Source: Ramazzottius varieornatus (lineage: Eukaryota > Animalia > Tardigrada). From it: a stretch of 64,000 bases of DNA. Under the pieces are notes generated by a model, which worked only from the letters and a program-made list of their open reading frames with translations, was not told where the DNA came from and made no database searches. The first letter of the stretch is position 1. Each line of letters starts with the position of its first letter. The DNA is taken from NCBI GenBank assembly GCA_001949185.1, contig BDGG01000005.1, positions 2,515,439-2,579,438 on the forward strand, read 5' to 3'. A program made the position numbers and the translations under genes. Positions 1 to 14,270 of the stretch are shown one piece after another.

Positions 1-3000
1 TCGCAGGAACAACACACCACAGTGTAGCTATGAACAGGCCTTGCTTATTGATAGAAATTTACAACATTGCCAAAGTGGTGCCTTTTCTTGTCTTGTATAC
101 GTAGTTTGAACTCCCAACCACAATATTAGGAGTTCTCAGTCTTGCTTTCAAAGCTGTGCTGATTGCATTGATCTAGGAAACGACTTAATAAACTTCACTC
201 AGGCCAAATTAGACTATCTCATGCACTCTTGGCTTAAATTTCAAAATTTCATTTTTCAGCTGATTTCCGTTTCCCCCTTGCTTCACCTTTTCTCGCTTGA
301 GATTCTTGATATCTATCATCGCAGAGGATATTGGAAAAAGAGGGTAGCCAGAAAGTCAGGAGTTTGATCCCCGTCAGAAGGCAAAGTTTGCTCACGAACC
401 CACCCCTCGAAACTCGCGCATTTCCGATTTGTTATGCATTGTTTTCAAAATTTCAAGTTCTATCTCACTCACGTTTGATTTGAGTAGATCAACCTAATTG
501 TGCAAGCAGTTTGCGATTTCAACGGGTTTGGCAAGCAACCCCTATTCTCAAAGAAATACTGTCTGAAAACACGCAGCCGACACCACGTGGCTTACGCGTT
601 CCACAAAACGCTTTCACGCATATTGCACACAATTCGTTTGGCCTCCGAGGTCGGGTGTTTATTTCACCTCTCGGTCGACTTACTATGCAGAACGTGAGAA
701 TTTCAGCTCTATGGACCAGCTCTTCTTGGTTCAATTTCTCGTGATGTGGGCTTAATCGTTGCAGGTAGCGCAATCATAACTTCGAAGTCTACGTCTTAGG
801 TTTGTAAAGATCGATCAAGCAAAGCTGATCGTTTTGATGGCCGCTCTTTCATTTGTCGATAATCCTAATTGCGTTACGAGTTCTTGAATTGTAAAGCCAT
901 TGCGGTGCCATAACTGAGACACTCACGGCGCTTCACCGAAATAATGATCGCAATTTTTATGATCTGTTTCGATAGGAAAATATGGGTCAAGTATTAGCGC
1001 TCAAGTGGCTTCGAGCGATAGTAGCCATTTATACGATCGCTTCAGTAAAAATGTATACTACAACACGTTGTGGTGGGTCTTCACTCTTCGTCTCACAACA
1101 TGAGGTAGACCGTCTACAGTAAAAGTGACACAGATTTCACTTTGTTCGTTGCAAGGGAGATTACACCATCATTATGCACACATCAGTGGCAGGAAAGAAC
1201 TGCCGTCCGTTTCACACGTTGACCATTGCCAATTGACGCTATGGTGATGCCTCGAGGACGAGCTTACAAAATATTTAGGATCAACTGCCATCAGAAACAA
1301 GATTTCACTCTACATTCAGGCGAATGTTTGATCAAACTAAGCTGCCGGCTTAAGGCAACAAGGGCCAACGTCAAGCTCCACAGTACAGGCTGCCCGAATA
1401 AACAAATAACCGCCACTGTCAACGCTATCATTCTGCACTTACTCGGACAAGTTCCACAACATCTTGTGGCGCTTTATTTTGGTCAACGTCAGCTCCGTGT
1501 TTGATCCGCAACTTCAAGCTGTTTACCTTCAAACTCTTTCAACTCCCATTAAGCACTACTAATATTGAGGTAGTCGATCTTCAAGACTAATTGTTTTTCT
1601 TTCGAATGTTCTACTGTCACGGTGATCGATTTACGCCTTTGAGCGAAATCTGCAATTGGGTTTCTGGCTTCGTTTTAATTTTTCTAAGGTAATGGTATTG
1701 AAATTCTAATGAAGTCATTAATATGGTCGAATAGACGGTGCGATTTGACATGGTCAATGGGTACGAAGTGCGGCGACCCAGATCATGTCAGAGATGCGCT
1801 GAGCGGAGCTCCACATCGGATTGATATCGATAAAAGATGTATATATTGTCGCAAAAAATCGAAACGGTGCGAGGCGTTCTGCGTATTGATTTCCTCACTA
1901 AGAGTTCCGATACCGATACGAGGAATATCAGCGAATGTCTAACGCGAGAAATGCCGTTAAAATAACCCGGTGGCCGATCACGTTCGACTCTAGAGATGAC
2001 CACACGCTCACTATCCATAAAGAGCGACTATAATAGGATACAAAAACGATGGTCGGACATCCTTTCAGTCTTTCATGTCCTTGCTGACCAATTTCATCGA
2101 GTATTTCCGCCAAAACGAACGGTTAAGATACGACAGCGTGCGCTATATAAGCATACACTATTTGGATTACTGTTAAAAATTGATTACCGGCTGGAGAAAT
2201 ATGTGACGATAAGATGTCGATGAAGTTGTTTCTTTTGATTATGAAAAATGGCTTGCCGTTACACGCGAACCAACAGCCTAGTTGAGTGCAGCAGCGCGGC
2301 TGGGTCTCCGATTTGTATCAATTTATGGCTGATGGTGTCTCACAGATGGATACATACTTCTCTGGTAAGCCTAGAAGGCACGTTCACAGCGAGGATCCCC
2401 ATAAACAGATGCATAGCCGCCGCCGGCCCTGGTCCCATTTTAGTCAAATTCGTGTAAAGTGGCCTGGCCTTTTCAACTTCGTTATGGTGTATAATTAATC
2501 GTAACATCAGTCTTTCATGTTGGAGTAGCTAAAGCGTAGGACACAGTTCTGGGTTCGCCCTAGTAATTGGTACGTTAAAGACAGTGAGGCCTTGTCAGTG
2601 TCCAGCAGAGAGCCGGGTATTTTACTGATGCGAGCTCATAATGTGGTTGAGCACCGCTGAGCGGAGATTCTTTGGGCGGATGTAGGTGGGAGGAGGAGGC
2701 GGTGAATGTCAATCACCTGCCATTGCACCGCAGGAAAGCCATTCCTCAGACCTAATTTTTATTCATGGATATGTACTTTTATTCCTAAAAATTTCATCTC
2801 ACGCATCTTACTTTCGAAGCACCATAAGTGTGTAAAGCAGCGAAGCCGTTTTAACGTACTGTGAAAATTCGCACCGTTCGCGCAATATCGTCGTAAACGT
2901 GAAGTAGAGCCGCGATCCGGCTTCACTGCCTGTTCAACCCCTGCGGGGGTGCACCGTCATGTACTTGTACGTACTACGCAGACGCAGCGAATATTTACAG

Positions 3001-3680
3001 TACTTACGGGGCTGAAACGCGAGAAATATTTCGTGATGCCACTGCGCGCCCATTTTTCTGCAACCTTTTCATCTAGCCATTTTTACTTTAAATTTGCAAG
3101 TGCTCTGAATTTATCAGAACCGGGAAGTCGCTGTCGTGTTTCCAGAAAACTTCCCGGGGGTAAAGCCTGAGAAGCCTGATTTACCACCATGCTGCAGTGG
3201 TCAGTTCACCGATTTCTGTGCTTACGATCACTGTTCCATTACGTACAGCCACAAACTGAGCTCCACCTAGGCTCCACCGCAATACGTACGTTGGCCCATG
3301 GTAATCCGCCTCCGCAGGCCATTTACTCCGTATTGAACTGCATCTCGTGCCGTCTGTCAGTCTGGTCTACAGCGCTTCATCATTACAATCTGACAGCAAA
3401 TTCGCAGGAAAAGTAGCAGTCAGAGCGATGTGCGGGGTTGATCTTTGAAGCACATTATGAAGCTCTACTTTCAGGAAATTTAAACATTGGAGCAAGTGAT
3501 AACTCGCAGCTGTCAAGTGCGCCAACATCTCGACCTCATCTTTTGCGTGGGTTTCCGTGGACCTTAACATCCCCGTTTATCGTTCTCACCCACTCTTCTG
3601 CTCAATGGATTGGCCACGATGAGCTGTGCAAATGGACATGTTAGTTACGGACCATCATGCACATCTGGCGAATATTCCCC

Positions 3681-6600
3681 ATGAATGGCTGTGCTATCAG
3701 GAAACTGTGTGGAATAATACCGGATTTACATCTACTGACTCACAGCTATGTCTCCTTGTTCATATTTCTGCTGCAATTGTCAGGTGAGTCAAACCAGCTT
3801 CTGAGCTTATTGTTCACCGAAATACACTAGTAATACACGCAATTTTTCCATCACTCAAAAGATCTGATATGACATTAGGTATCGTTTTCTTCTTACCCGA
3901 ATACCACACTTCTGATTCATCAGACCTGGAGGTGGTCCTTCCGGATCCTGTCACGTGCTGAATTCAGTGGTGTGGGCGTACACAAATAAGTTACGGGCTC
4001 GGTTTAGTTTTCCGGAATATTGGATGGCTCAGTAAGCCCACGTTCGTTTTCAAACCTAAGACAAAACAACTCGTAAATTACATCCTGGTGGCACTTTATC
4101 GTGTGTGACTAGCCTTTGTAATCATATCCTACCACGCCTCATCGGCGACCTGCATCCGAAACATTTGAGCCTTTTAATTGCGTTAGCTAATGTGGCTTCA
4201 CGGATGGGAGTCGTTATCAAATGTTTTCCTTGATCGTCCACTAGAGACGGAGATGCGATAAATTTAGTTCAAGTGGAATGTTGATGTCTAGCTGTGAGCG
4301 TTCAACTCGAGCAAGTCTTTTAAACTGTTAAAGAACAGTTTATCATTGATGAAAGCAGCGGGAAGCCGGAGGAACTCGATCGGTTACAGAATTTTTTAAT
4401 TTAAAATGCAGTACAAGGCATGTTTGACAGCACAGAGTCGTGCTTGAACATCTTCGATTCAGCTGCAGTTAGCCTCGAGCACGTAATCCCTGTTATGAGA
4501 TCACTTGGATCCTTTGGTCAACTGCATTGAATCAAACCGGCTTTTGCACAATTGACGTTCAAGTTGAAACTTGCGGGTGGCTGAAACAGGACCTGAAAGA
4601 ATATTGTCCAGATTCGTATGCCAGTGGTGAATTACGTTAAAGTCAGCGAGTCTTGTTGTTGGGCAGAAGTTTGTGCACACGCTCACGATAAACTTTAAAA
4701 AATTGGAAAACGACCATATGAAATGTGTATTGAAACCAATCAGCGTGTCGATTTAGGAAGACTGTTTTTCTCATATGATGTGCAATAAGTTGACCTATAT
4801 TTTGATACGTGGAGAGATGTGAAGGATCGACCGCGTTGCGTGTTTTTTGGACTCACGCAGGGCAATCGATTTGTTGAAGGGTTTGTTGAGGATACAAAGT
4901 TGGGATGTGTAATATGGCTAGTTTTCACTCTCGGAACGTCTTGACGTGAAGTCTGACCCAGGGGGTTGGTAGATGAAGAGCGAAATCGGATCTGTGACGG
5001 TTTATCACACAATGTTTCTTGCGCTACTGTTCAAGGAGCCCATTCAGAGCTGAGCCGTTTGTTTTTTGTCGGCGTCATGTAGCGCTTCGATCGACTTTCG
5101 TTGGCCAAGTCTGCGGCATCGATTTATACATCCAACACTTGTTTGATCGATGTTCGACATCATTAGTATGGAAAGGGGGAGTGCAAAAGAACAAGAGCTT
5201 CAAGATCGCCAGCACAGTATACATGGAAATCCACTCGTTTTCAAAGAGTGACGCGCCATCGAGAGGCTATGCGGATGTGCCGTCCAAGTATCAGCTTCAG
5301 ACTTCAGACGAGGAAACCATCACCGGAGAAGCCACCGAGAGGCCTTCTCAAGACATTAACTATGGCATCAACAACAATCAGAGATGATTTGTTCGCGAGC
5401 TGTTTGAACGCTCTTTGTGAAAGAAGCGAACACAAACTCGGTTTCACTTGGATGGGAAGTGGGAACTGTGTACTGATTTCCGCTATTGAAAACTTGACAC
5501 GGATGGTACCCCGTTCGATATTGTTGGGTAATAGGTTATGACCAAAAGAGCAAGTGTTGAATTTAATCGGATGAGAAATTCGTGATCGAGCACTTGCATT
5601 GACCTGTAGCAGGTTGTGCATGGGTAATGGCGATCCGCCCGAACGAAATATCTTGGTATATTAAAAACCGAGGCTCCAATAAAGTGAAATAAAACGGAAT
5701 TGGTCGCAACGTCAGTTTTCTATTTTCTGAATATTCTTCAAAATCGTGCTTGATGGACAACGCGATGTCCGTATTTTCAAGTTCGTTCCAAAACCTCCCG
5801 AATATATAAATAGAGAGCAAAGCTCTTTTCCCCGTGTTATGTACGGTACGAAATTGGTGGAATTTTCTCTATCTCTTGGAAATCATTGCACTTAAAGCTA
5901 TAGTTTATTCGTACAGGTGTGAATCGAAAGATGATAGGACCAAGCATCAGCCTTGGTTTGGCACTCAAGCGTTTAATTTTTTACCTTTGATTGTAGGCTT
6001 TAGCGGTCAGCTGGTGACCGCTTCGCCATCATCGTCCTCCACAGCGGAAGTTACACGATGCCCTCTCCTGATCCCTTCGGTCAACAGCATCGTTTCGTAC
6101 AATTCCGACGAGCTAATCGATAGCACCATTGCCACCTATTCATGCTTGCCGGGCTACGAGCGCTTTGGCGAGCCGGAACGCGTCTGTTTGCGTGGGCGAT
6201 GGACTGGCCAAACTCCCGTCTGCGCCATCAATATTGCCATTAGACAAGATGCCAAACAATCCTCCAATGCTACAGAATTCACTGTCCTTCAGGGCACCAA
6301 ACAAGCCTATGAAGCAGCAGCTTATCTGGCTGTGGACGGGACCAAAATCTACTGCTCAAAAACTTCGCCGGAAGTCCAGCCCAGATGGTCACTCACCTTC
6401 GCACAGAGCTTTCCGGTGATTGCTATCAAAGTCTATGGAGAAGCCGGCCATGGTAAGAACTTCAAAACAACGGGGAAGCCTCAACGGAACGACTATTACC
6501 AGGTGGCGCGCTTTCTTACTGCCATTCGCTTGGAGCGTGCGCCACTTGATGCCGGCCACCTAATTTCTCCACAGTCTTGATTCTTCAAGTTAAATTCGAT

Positions 6601-9600
6601 TCATTATTCGATCTGGGACTATTAACGTTATATGCCTAACCCAGAAGATATTCTCTGGTTAAGTACCACACTACGACGTCATCGCGGACCTCTTTAACTT
6701 GCGAAAAGGCAGCTGGCACAGCCTGATTATGAATGCCAAGGCCGTGCCAGAGCCAAGACGAACTTGGCCTGAGTTTGCAAATTGAAAATTGGTTCGACCG
6801 CGAAGAAGTGTATAATTGCTTCCGGTTTTCCAAGTGTAGCACAACAATCCTCTAGTTCAATTTTTTTCCGTCTGGCCTAGTAGACTAATGAACAGCAAGA
6901 TGAATGGAGGCTTTTGTACCGGAAGATCTTCTTGACTTGGCCGACTCGGACATGTTGATTATTTATCGCTTGATAATGAGCCGTGACAGATCTGTACTTT
7001 CCATTGACTCGCATTGCTGCTTTTTCTCGTAGACATGGCTGACATGGAAGTGTCACTACTGCCGAAATCTGACCTACAATTCTCCAGCGAAGAAAGAGAG
7101 AAAAGCGTCTGTAAGCTGTCAACGTCCATATCAGTGTTGACCGGTGAAGGTAAGTCTCCACGAACCCCGGCGTATTAATGAACGCCGAGATTTCTCAAGT
7201 TATAGAACGTCTCGTCTGGCAGTCCGTCCATCACTAACGGATGACTGATTTCTCTGAAAGGAAAAACAAAGAACGATGTCGGCCATCTCGTATTATTTTT
7301 ATGGGTGGTGCGCGCATGTTTGTTTTTCTCTTCTATTTTGGACGTTTTATTGATTACTGAGATGACGATTAGTGCAAATGAGAAACTGTGCTACTTGTCA
7401 GCACACAAAAGATAACTAAAGAAAATTGAAGGTTTGACTAATGAGGTACCGATGCTTCTATTTTCGTACTTTTCGCAGAAACGAAAGCGGCCAATTCGAC
7501 AACCAGCAACGTGACGTTTTTTCTCTGCAACAGCAACTTCCCCGCTCGGCAAGTCCTCATCAAACGCCGTGCCTACGCATCGCTTCGTCTCTGCGAAGTT
7601 GAAGTGTTCTCTCAACAAGGCAAGCCTCCTTTTCCAAAGTTCAAGACGACATGACAAATAAAAAATTTGCATAAACATGTGCGCAGTTTTGCCGCGGCCC
7701 GATCGTATAAACTCGCAAGTTTTTGGCCGCAGCATCAGAAGTTGTATCGTAGTGAGAATTTTTGGTGCTCTGCAAAAACGGAAAGTATCTTACAACGCTT
7801 GAAACCGGGTCACATTCGGGTGGAACAAATGCCTCAAACGAGAGGGTAGACCGATCCTCAACCTTGGAAAAGCACTGAGGAAGCCTAAAATTGCGGGTTT
7901 ACCGTTGAAAATTTCCTAAATCTGAAGGTCCAAGGTCGGCTCGTATATTCACTTCATCAGAAAAACTAACTGCTAGTACTGCAGCTATATCTCACAAAAT
8001 CAAAGATTTCCATGTCTGTAGAACGTGAAACAGTGCCAATTTGTTCTTCATTCTAGGCAAGCCCTGTCAGCATCCTGGCGCACCGCAGAATAGTATTGCG
8101 AAGCTGTCGCACGTGGAGTGGCCATTTCCGCCGGGTGCCGTGGCGGTCTACGACTGCAACGCCGGTTTTACGCGTATTCCCACAGACGCCACCTTTCACC
8201 GCACCTGTCAGATCAACGGCACTTGGGATGTCCGCGAACCAATATGCGGTGCGTACGTGCATGCAAATGCTTTACATGTGATAATTTGTGACTAGTCTAC
8301 TGTGGCTGTAAAGGCGGTGACGCAATATTTAAGAGGAGGCCACTTAATTCTCAGCGTCCTCCAGTTATGGCTGGTAATATGGGCTCATTTCACGGCGACA
8401 TCGGAGAGGCGACCTTGTTCTTGACGTAACCGCCTGTAATCGCATTCGAATAGAATGCATGAGAGAAAATTACCTGATAAAGTCATTTGCACCGGTGGTT
8501 GAAGGCCTTGACTAACCGCCACTGCCCGCACACAGGTTGACCCCACGTCCGACGCTTTGGTCCGACAACTCATAAATATGAGTAAATTGCAGTTAATTAT
8601 AGAGCTTAAGCCATATTACCAGCACATAACGACGGAAATGAAAGCTGATTTACGACCAAGAATACCGTACAAAAACTAAACCTTTCACCTCGGTTTTTAT
8701 GGGGTTAGATATTATTTTGCGGTCGTCCAGCGCCTTAGTTTTCTCGAAGTAGCGCGATGTTTCAGAGCGTTTTCTACTTTCCGTGAAAAAGGCACATCCA
8801 ATGTATGCTGAATTTTCATTCAAAATAATTTTTTCAGAAGGTTCCAGTCTGAAAGCGCGAATGTAGTCAACGGTTTGTTGGAAGAGCCTTTTTCTGCAGT
8901 ATACAGTAGTTGACAAAGCAAAGTTGTTTGCTCAGACATATTTGTTCGATTTTTTTAAAAGCTGTCAAGAATTGCGTCATTATTTGCTGTTGACACACAG
9001 TAGCAAAAAATACCGGTCAACTCCTGACTGATGTGAATATAATGGGTACGATATGCTAACTTGTTGATTTTTCTCTCACAGTGACCAATGTGGCGCAATA
9101 TCGATCGGCCAGTCAATCTTCATTGTTCAGCAATTACAACTACCCACCTTGGCAAGCCGTGGATGCCGACATGAACACCTGTGCCTGGACACGGCGCGAA
9201 AACGAGCCCTGGCTACAAATTGACCTGCTCAAGGTGTACACCATTCATGGCATCGCCGTGATTTTGGACAAAGAGCGCCTTTTCTGTAAGAGTGTAAAGT
9301 GTCAAGCGGGTAATTATAGGGGAGTGCAGAGCCCATACATCCGGTGTACACTGGCAGTAAATAACCCACTTCCTCTTCCTCTTGTACAGATCAGTTCCAC
9401 CGTAGCCTCCTCATCAGTATTAGCAACCGGTCGGACACGACTGACTTGCAGTCCGTCAAGATACCGCTGACATTCCGCCGAAGCCTTCTCAAGGAAACTG
9501 CCGGACCTGGCTCGGGTGTCTTCCACCTTGATGGAACTGCTATCGGCAGATACGTCACGCTGTTCGTCAAGGGCGACGTGGAAAAGTTCCTCGGAATCTG

Positions 9601-12600
9601 TGACGTACAGATTCTGGCCGACGATGGTACGTTAATCCCCACCCAGAATTCCGCAACTTCGAAAGCAGTTACACACGCAATCAATCAGATATAGGAACTC
9701 GCAGTAACACTGCTCTCCCAAGTGGCGCACTGTTTTCCCCATGCTCCACTTGACGAATCGATTTTGAAGAGTTTCGTTTCTCTAGTGGCGCACGTTGTTG
9801 ATGGTTTTGCCTAGCGCGTGCGCCACTTCGAAAAACCGATCTGATCGACTTTCCCGAGACTCCATGCACGCAGATTCAGAAAGTAAGGTCGGTGGTTTTT
9901 CGTGGAATTTTATCACCTGGTAATATTGTGACGACCTGTTGACACATGTTTTTGGTTGTTCGTTGACGCGAGGACAATTGCACAGCTGAGGATGTAATAA
10001 TCGCCGGCTTGTGCATCTGCCATATTTTCCTGAACTTTCTCGCATTTTTTCTTGGTATGATTACAGAGATACCGGCGATACCTGAGCACTGCGGCCTTCA
10101 GACGCCAGCCAGCTCCTTGATGTATACCTTCAAGCAGACCTGCTACCAAGTGCAACGCTTCAGCGCTACTAACTGGTACAACGCCATGTTGTCTTGCCAG
10201 GACAATGGTGGCTCGTTGCTGGCCAATTCCGATTACGACACGACGAGTTTCATCAATAACGTCCTCAATAACCTGTATCGCTTTCACACCTCAAACGATC
10301 GCTACTGGATCGCCGCAAAATTGTCCAAGGCTGAAACCACATGGAATTACATCGTTCATAGTAAGAAACACCATTTAGGTGGCGCCACCCAGCACTGCTA
10401 ACATACTGTGATATCCAGAGCCATTCGATCTTCGACCTCGAATTATCTGCGGGCCAGTTTCTTACCGTTTTCCCAGTATTTAAAACTTTCCGTAAATGTG
10501 GGGATGGACAAAAATGTGGGGAACGGAGCGAAAGCGGCACGGGTGAGCTGAGGTTGACCAATCAGTAAATCAATCGGAGCACAGCCGCTTNNNNNNNNNN
10601 NNNNNNNNNNNNNNNNNNNNNNNNNNNNNNNNNNNNNNNNCCCACATTTAGGCCAGGCGCGTGTACAGCACTTGTGTGGAAACGGTTAGACATATGCATG
10701 CAGAGGTCTTTAGAATCGAATGAAGTGTTCCGTTTGAATAAACATTTGCTAGGTGGCGCTTCCACGGTGAGAGAAGGTTTTTCATTCGAGATTGAGTGCT
10801 CGGTTTCTATCGTAAACTTCTTTTTTCTTTTGTTTTTAGATGTATCATCCGCGGTTGATCAGTTCTTCTGGGCGCCAGGCCGACCCTTGAATGATGGTCA
10901 TGCGGCATTCGATTCGTGCGTGGCGCTGGGTGGACATGGCGCCACCAATTGGTCATGGGCTGATTACCGCTGTGACCAAGACGCCGCAAATTGGATCTGT
11001 GCTTACGGTAGGTGGACAGTGAGTTCGTTGTGTGGTGCACCTCGGCCTTATCTTACACCAACAGATCTCACCCTCCCTTTTGCCGTTCTTGTAGGCCCAC
11101 GAGGTTGCGGAGATCCGATGCAGCCGCCTGCTTCGGCGCTCTTGGTCGCCGACAAGATCGTCGGAGCGAATGGCTGGAAGGTTGGCGATCGCGTGCAGTT
11201 CGAATGTGCACCTGGCCATGTTCTCGCTGGCGCCGCTGACTCGGTCTGCCAAGCTGATGGCACTTGGAGCTCTTCGTACACCGACTGCGTTTGTAAGACC
11301 ATTCCGCCGTCCCATTTTTGAGCGACTAGGTTCTTGTAGATCTGCCAAATGTAGAAAAATGAATATTGGTATTTCACAACTTAGTTTTCCGATACTTCAG
11401 ACTAAGATGTTTTTTATCTCGCTCTGGTGTGAGGATTCCTGTCTTTAGCTATAGGATCACCGTTTTCTTTACGATTATCTGACATACTTTTACCTTTCCA
11501 TAATTATCTAATCCTGTTTCTGTCGTTTGCAGTTGTTCCTTGTGGAGATCCGCCAAGGAGGACCCACTTATCCCAGAACCTTCTGAACGGAACGACGTCA
11601 TACGGTAGCTTCGTCCAGTACTCCTGCGTGGATGACGGCTTTAAGGTGATCGGGGACAGTATCATTGGGTGCCAAGCTAACGGAACATGGGAAGTCCTGG
11701 ACGTTATGTGTGAAGCTTCCTCCCTGCATTTGAGCACTGCCGCTGACGCATCAGAAGACGTCCATGCCAACGAGGTCCTGGAACCCGCACCTGCTGTCAG
11801 CATGCCTCATAGCGAGTCGGTGGCTGTTGGAGTCGGAGTGGCGCTGTCACTTCTCATACTGGTGGTCGTCTTCCTCTTTTGCGGACTGTAAGTATTGCAC
11901 AAATCTCTTGAACTGAACTGCCGCTATTACTGAGTGCTCCCGTCATTGAAAATTTGATACACTATTCGCGCAGTTTGTTAACCTGGTGTTTTGGGACTGA
12001 TCTGTCGAAAACTGTCATGAGAAGGATGTCGTTCCCAGCTGACTGTTCAACAGAAACCGACGGCAAAGCGATCACGATTGTGCAATGAATTTTGACGTGC
12101 TCTTTTATGCTCTCCTGTCTCTTTTCAGGCGTTACAGGAAGCAAAAGAAATCTCAGCAATCCTCTCCAGCTTCGTCCATCACGAAACGGACATCACCATA
12201 CGGGACAGTTCGTCGGCTCCATGCAAGCCAGATTTCCGCACCCATCGCCAACCTCCAAAAGGTCAACTTGACCCCCAAACAGTCCATCTACGACGACATG
12301 ACCTCACCACAAGTTTCCACCCAAGTTTCCGTTTCCGACGAGTCGTACTCGCGCACTGACCCTGAAGGCTCCTCTCTCGCCCCTTCTGACCCCAGTTCCA
12401 ACTACCTTCGCTCCTTTGGCAAAGCCGGTCTGATCAAGCTGTACAACAAAGCCAAGACTGGTGGGACACTCCGGCTGTCCCTCAGCACCAACGACGACAC
12501 ACCCAAACGAGAACGACCTAGGGTACCGAAGCTGGTCATCAGCAGCCCCATCGAATGCCGGAAGACTGTAGTGCTTGATTCTGGTCAGACCGGACAGGAA

Positions 12601-12858
12601 GTCATCTACGCTCAACCGGCCAAACTAAAGAATGGGCAGCCGGGTAACGAGAACCAGTATGAATATCTGGAGACGGCCAGGGTACGTGGGGGATATGGTT
12701 CTACGGATGAAATAGACCACGATGATGGCATGTATGCGGACACTGCGCTGACGGGCTCGCTGAGGCTGAGCAAACCCTTGAGACATTCTCTACCTCCGGT
12801 TGAAGAAATTTATGACGATGCTAGAAGTGGTCCTCATGATAAATATATTAACTGTTGA
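3681..12858 (+). CDS. Type I membrane protein: CCP(sushi)-F-type lectin-CCP-F-type lectin-C-type lectin-CCP-CCP-TM-long Tyr-motif tail (furrowed/CG9095-like selectin-type adhesion receptor)
   Basis: 12 phase-compatible exons: 3681-3783, 5997-6452, 7033-7149, 7479-7619, 8057-8248, 9082-9285, 9390-9626, 10067-10360, 10840-11007, 11095-11292, 11533-11887, 12129-12858. CCP motifs (ATYSCLPGY..C..GRW..PVC; VYDCNAGF..CQINGTW; VQFECAPGH..CQADGTW; VQYSCVDDGF..CQANGTW), F-type lectin ends (NVAQYRSASQSS, AVDG/AVDA, LRLCEVEVF, GICDVQI), CTL (W..A...C..NGGSL, CVAL..W.W.D..C..WIC), TM VAVGVGVALSLLILVVVFLFCGL followed by RYRKQKK. Confidence 0.85.
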
Positions 12859-13286
12859 CAAGGCATACAGGCTTCCTTTTGAGATTTGTGAGCAAACTTG
12901 AAACGTTTTATGTCCTTTAATATGTTTTGAAGCTTCCATGTTGGTCTGAACGTCAAAGAAACGTGCTGAAGGGAAATTTTGGAAACTAAGCGGGGCTGAA
13001 CTGTTTCACGAAGACAAACTGTATTAATATTTTCGTGAAGAGCTGCTGGATAACGCCGACGCTGCATTACGAAACCCATTAGTTATCTATTGATATTTGG
13101 ACTGAGTCACGACAATACCGGTATCTGTTTGGCCGATACGGTTATCAGTATCGATACCTGAGAATTCGCCTTCTTCCCGAGATACCTCTGAACCATGCTA
13201 AACCTACCGGATTTCTGTAGTATCGACCAATTGGTTACTCTTCGTCAAATTCTGTCTCGTTAAATTTACTTACACAACTGTGGAAG

Positions 13287-13931
13287 ATGTCGTCGCGAGT
13301 TGATCTCAGACTGTGGGTGATCGGAGCTATCCTGGCCATCGCATGTCTAATTCAAGGTAGACGGGATATGAGTGTAATAAAGAACGTGTAATCCAACGAA
13401 AGTTTAACTATAGGCTCCAGTTCGGCTGTGTCCAGGTGTCACATTTGTAACTCGGAGAATGACGCCTGGTGCAAGGAGGTGCCAAACGACAGAGAACCGA
13501 GCAACTGCGCAGACTGGTGTCAGCAACAGAATGGAATCCACATTCCACCATCCTACGTGGCCCCCACTGGGCATGAGATGAACACTACGAGATGCCCCAA
13601 GTTCAACTCCTGCCGCAAGTCCGTATTCAGAAGTACGTAAGCTCCAGTGAACTATGAAAAGACCCGTTGTGATTGGTGAATGTATCATCTTACAGTTAGT
13701 GGCGCAGCGAACCCTCATGACAACAACGATGTAACCCGCATCGTTCGAGCTTGCGGATTTCTTGGAGACGAATCGCAACAAAAGCACAACCGTCGAGCGC
13801 AGGGTGGAGGACTACAAAGCGAAATAGCTGTGTGTTTCGACAAGGATGGATGCAACATAGCGATGTCGACTATCAAACAGATCTCGGTATTGGTAGCCAC
13901 TGTGGTGGCGGTAGTGGCATACTGTATTTAG
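13287..13931 (+). CDS. Ly6/uPAR three-finger protein, quiver/sleepless-like, probably GPI-anchored
   Basis: Exons ~13287-13356 (signal peptide MSSRVDLRLWVIGAILAIACLIQG), 13414-13632 and 13697-13931. Motifs RCHICNS..C, CRK, RIVRACG, C-terminal C..DGCN and a hydrophobic tail. Confidence 0.8.
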
Positions 13932-14270
13932 TGTGTGACTATGCTTCGGCTCGGGCAACAGCGAAGAGTTGATTTTAGAGGCTATTTCGTCAAGCGGTTC
14001 GCCGGTACAGTGCATTAATTGTTGCTTCCATCGGAGTACACAAATATGTTCGAGTTATAAGACAGTACTGTATACATACAGAGCAAGCTGAAAAATAAGC
14101 GATTGAAAATTTAAGTAGCATGTGTTATAATAATAGGATTATCTCGTAGAAGTATTCATTCACCGTTGAAAAGGGAGCACTAGGTGCGCAGGTAATGTTG
14201 CTCTTTGCTGCTCGGGTAATGTTGGGAAACTCATTTAGTTCAGTTCAGCGTGCAGACCACCGCTGTCCTG

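Noticed and set aside
1700-2500. Minus-strand fragments with protein-like stretches
   Set aside because: Stops in all frames and no recognisable motif or consistent splice model.
5019-5621. ORFs in intron 1 of the lectin gene
   Set aside because: Short, interrupted and without recognisable homology.
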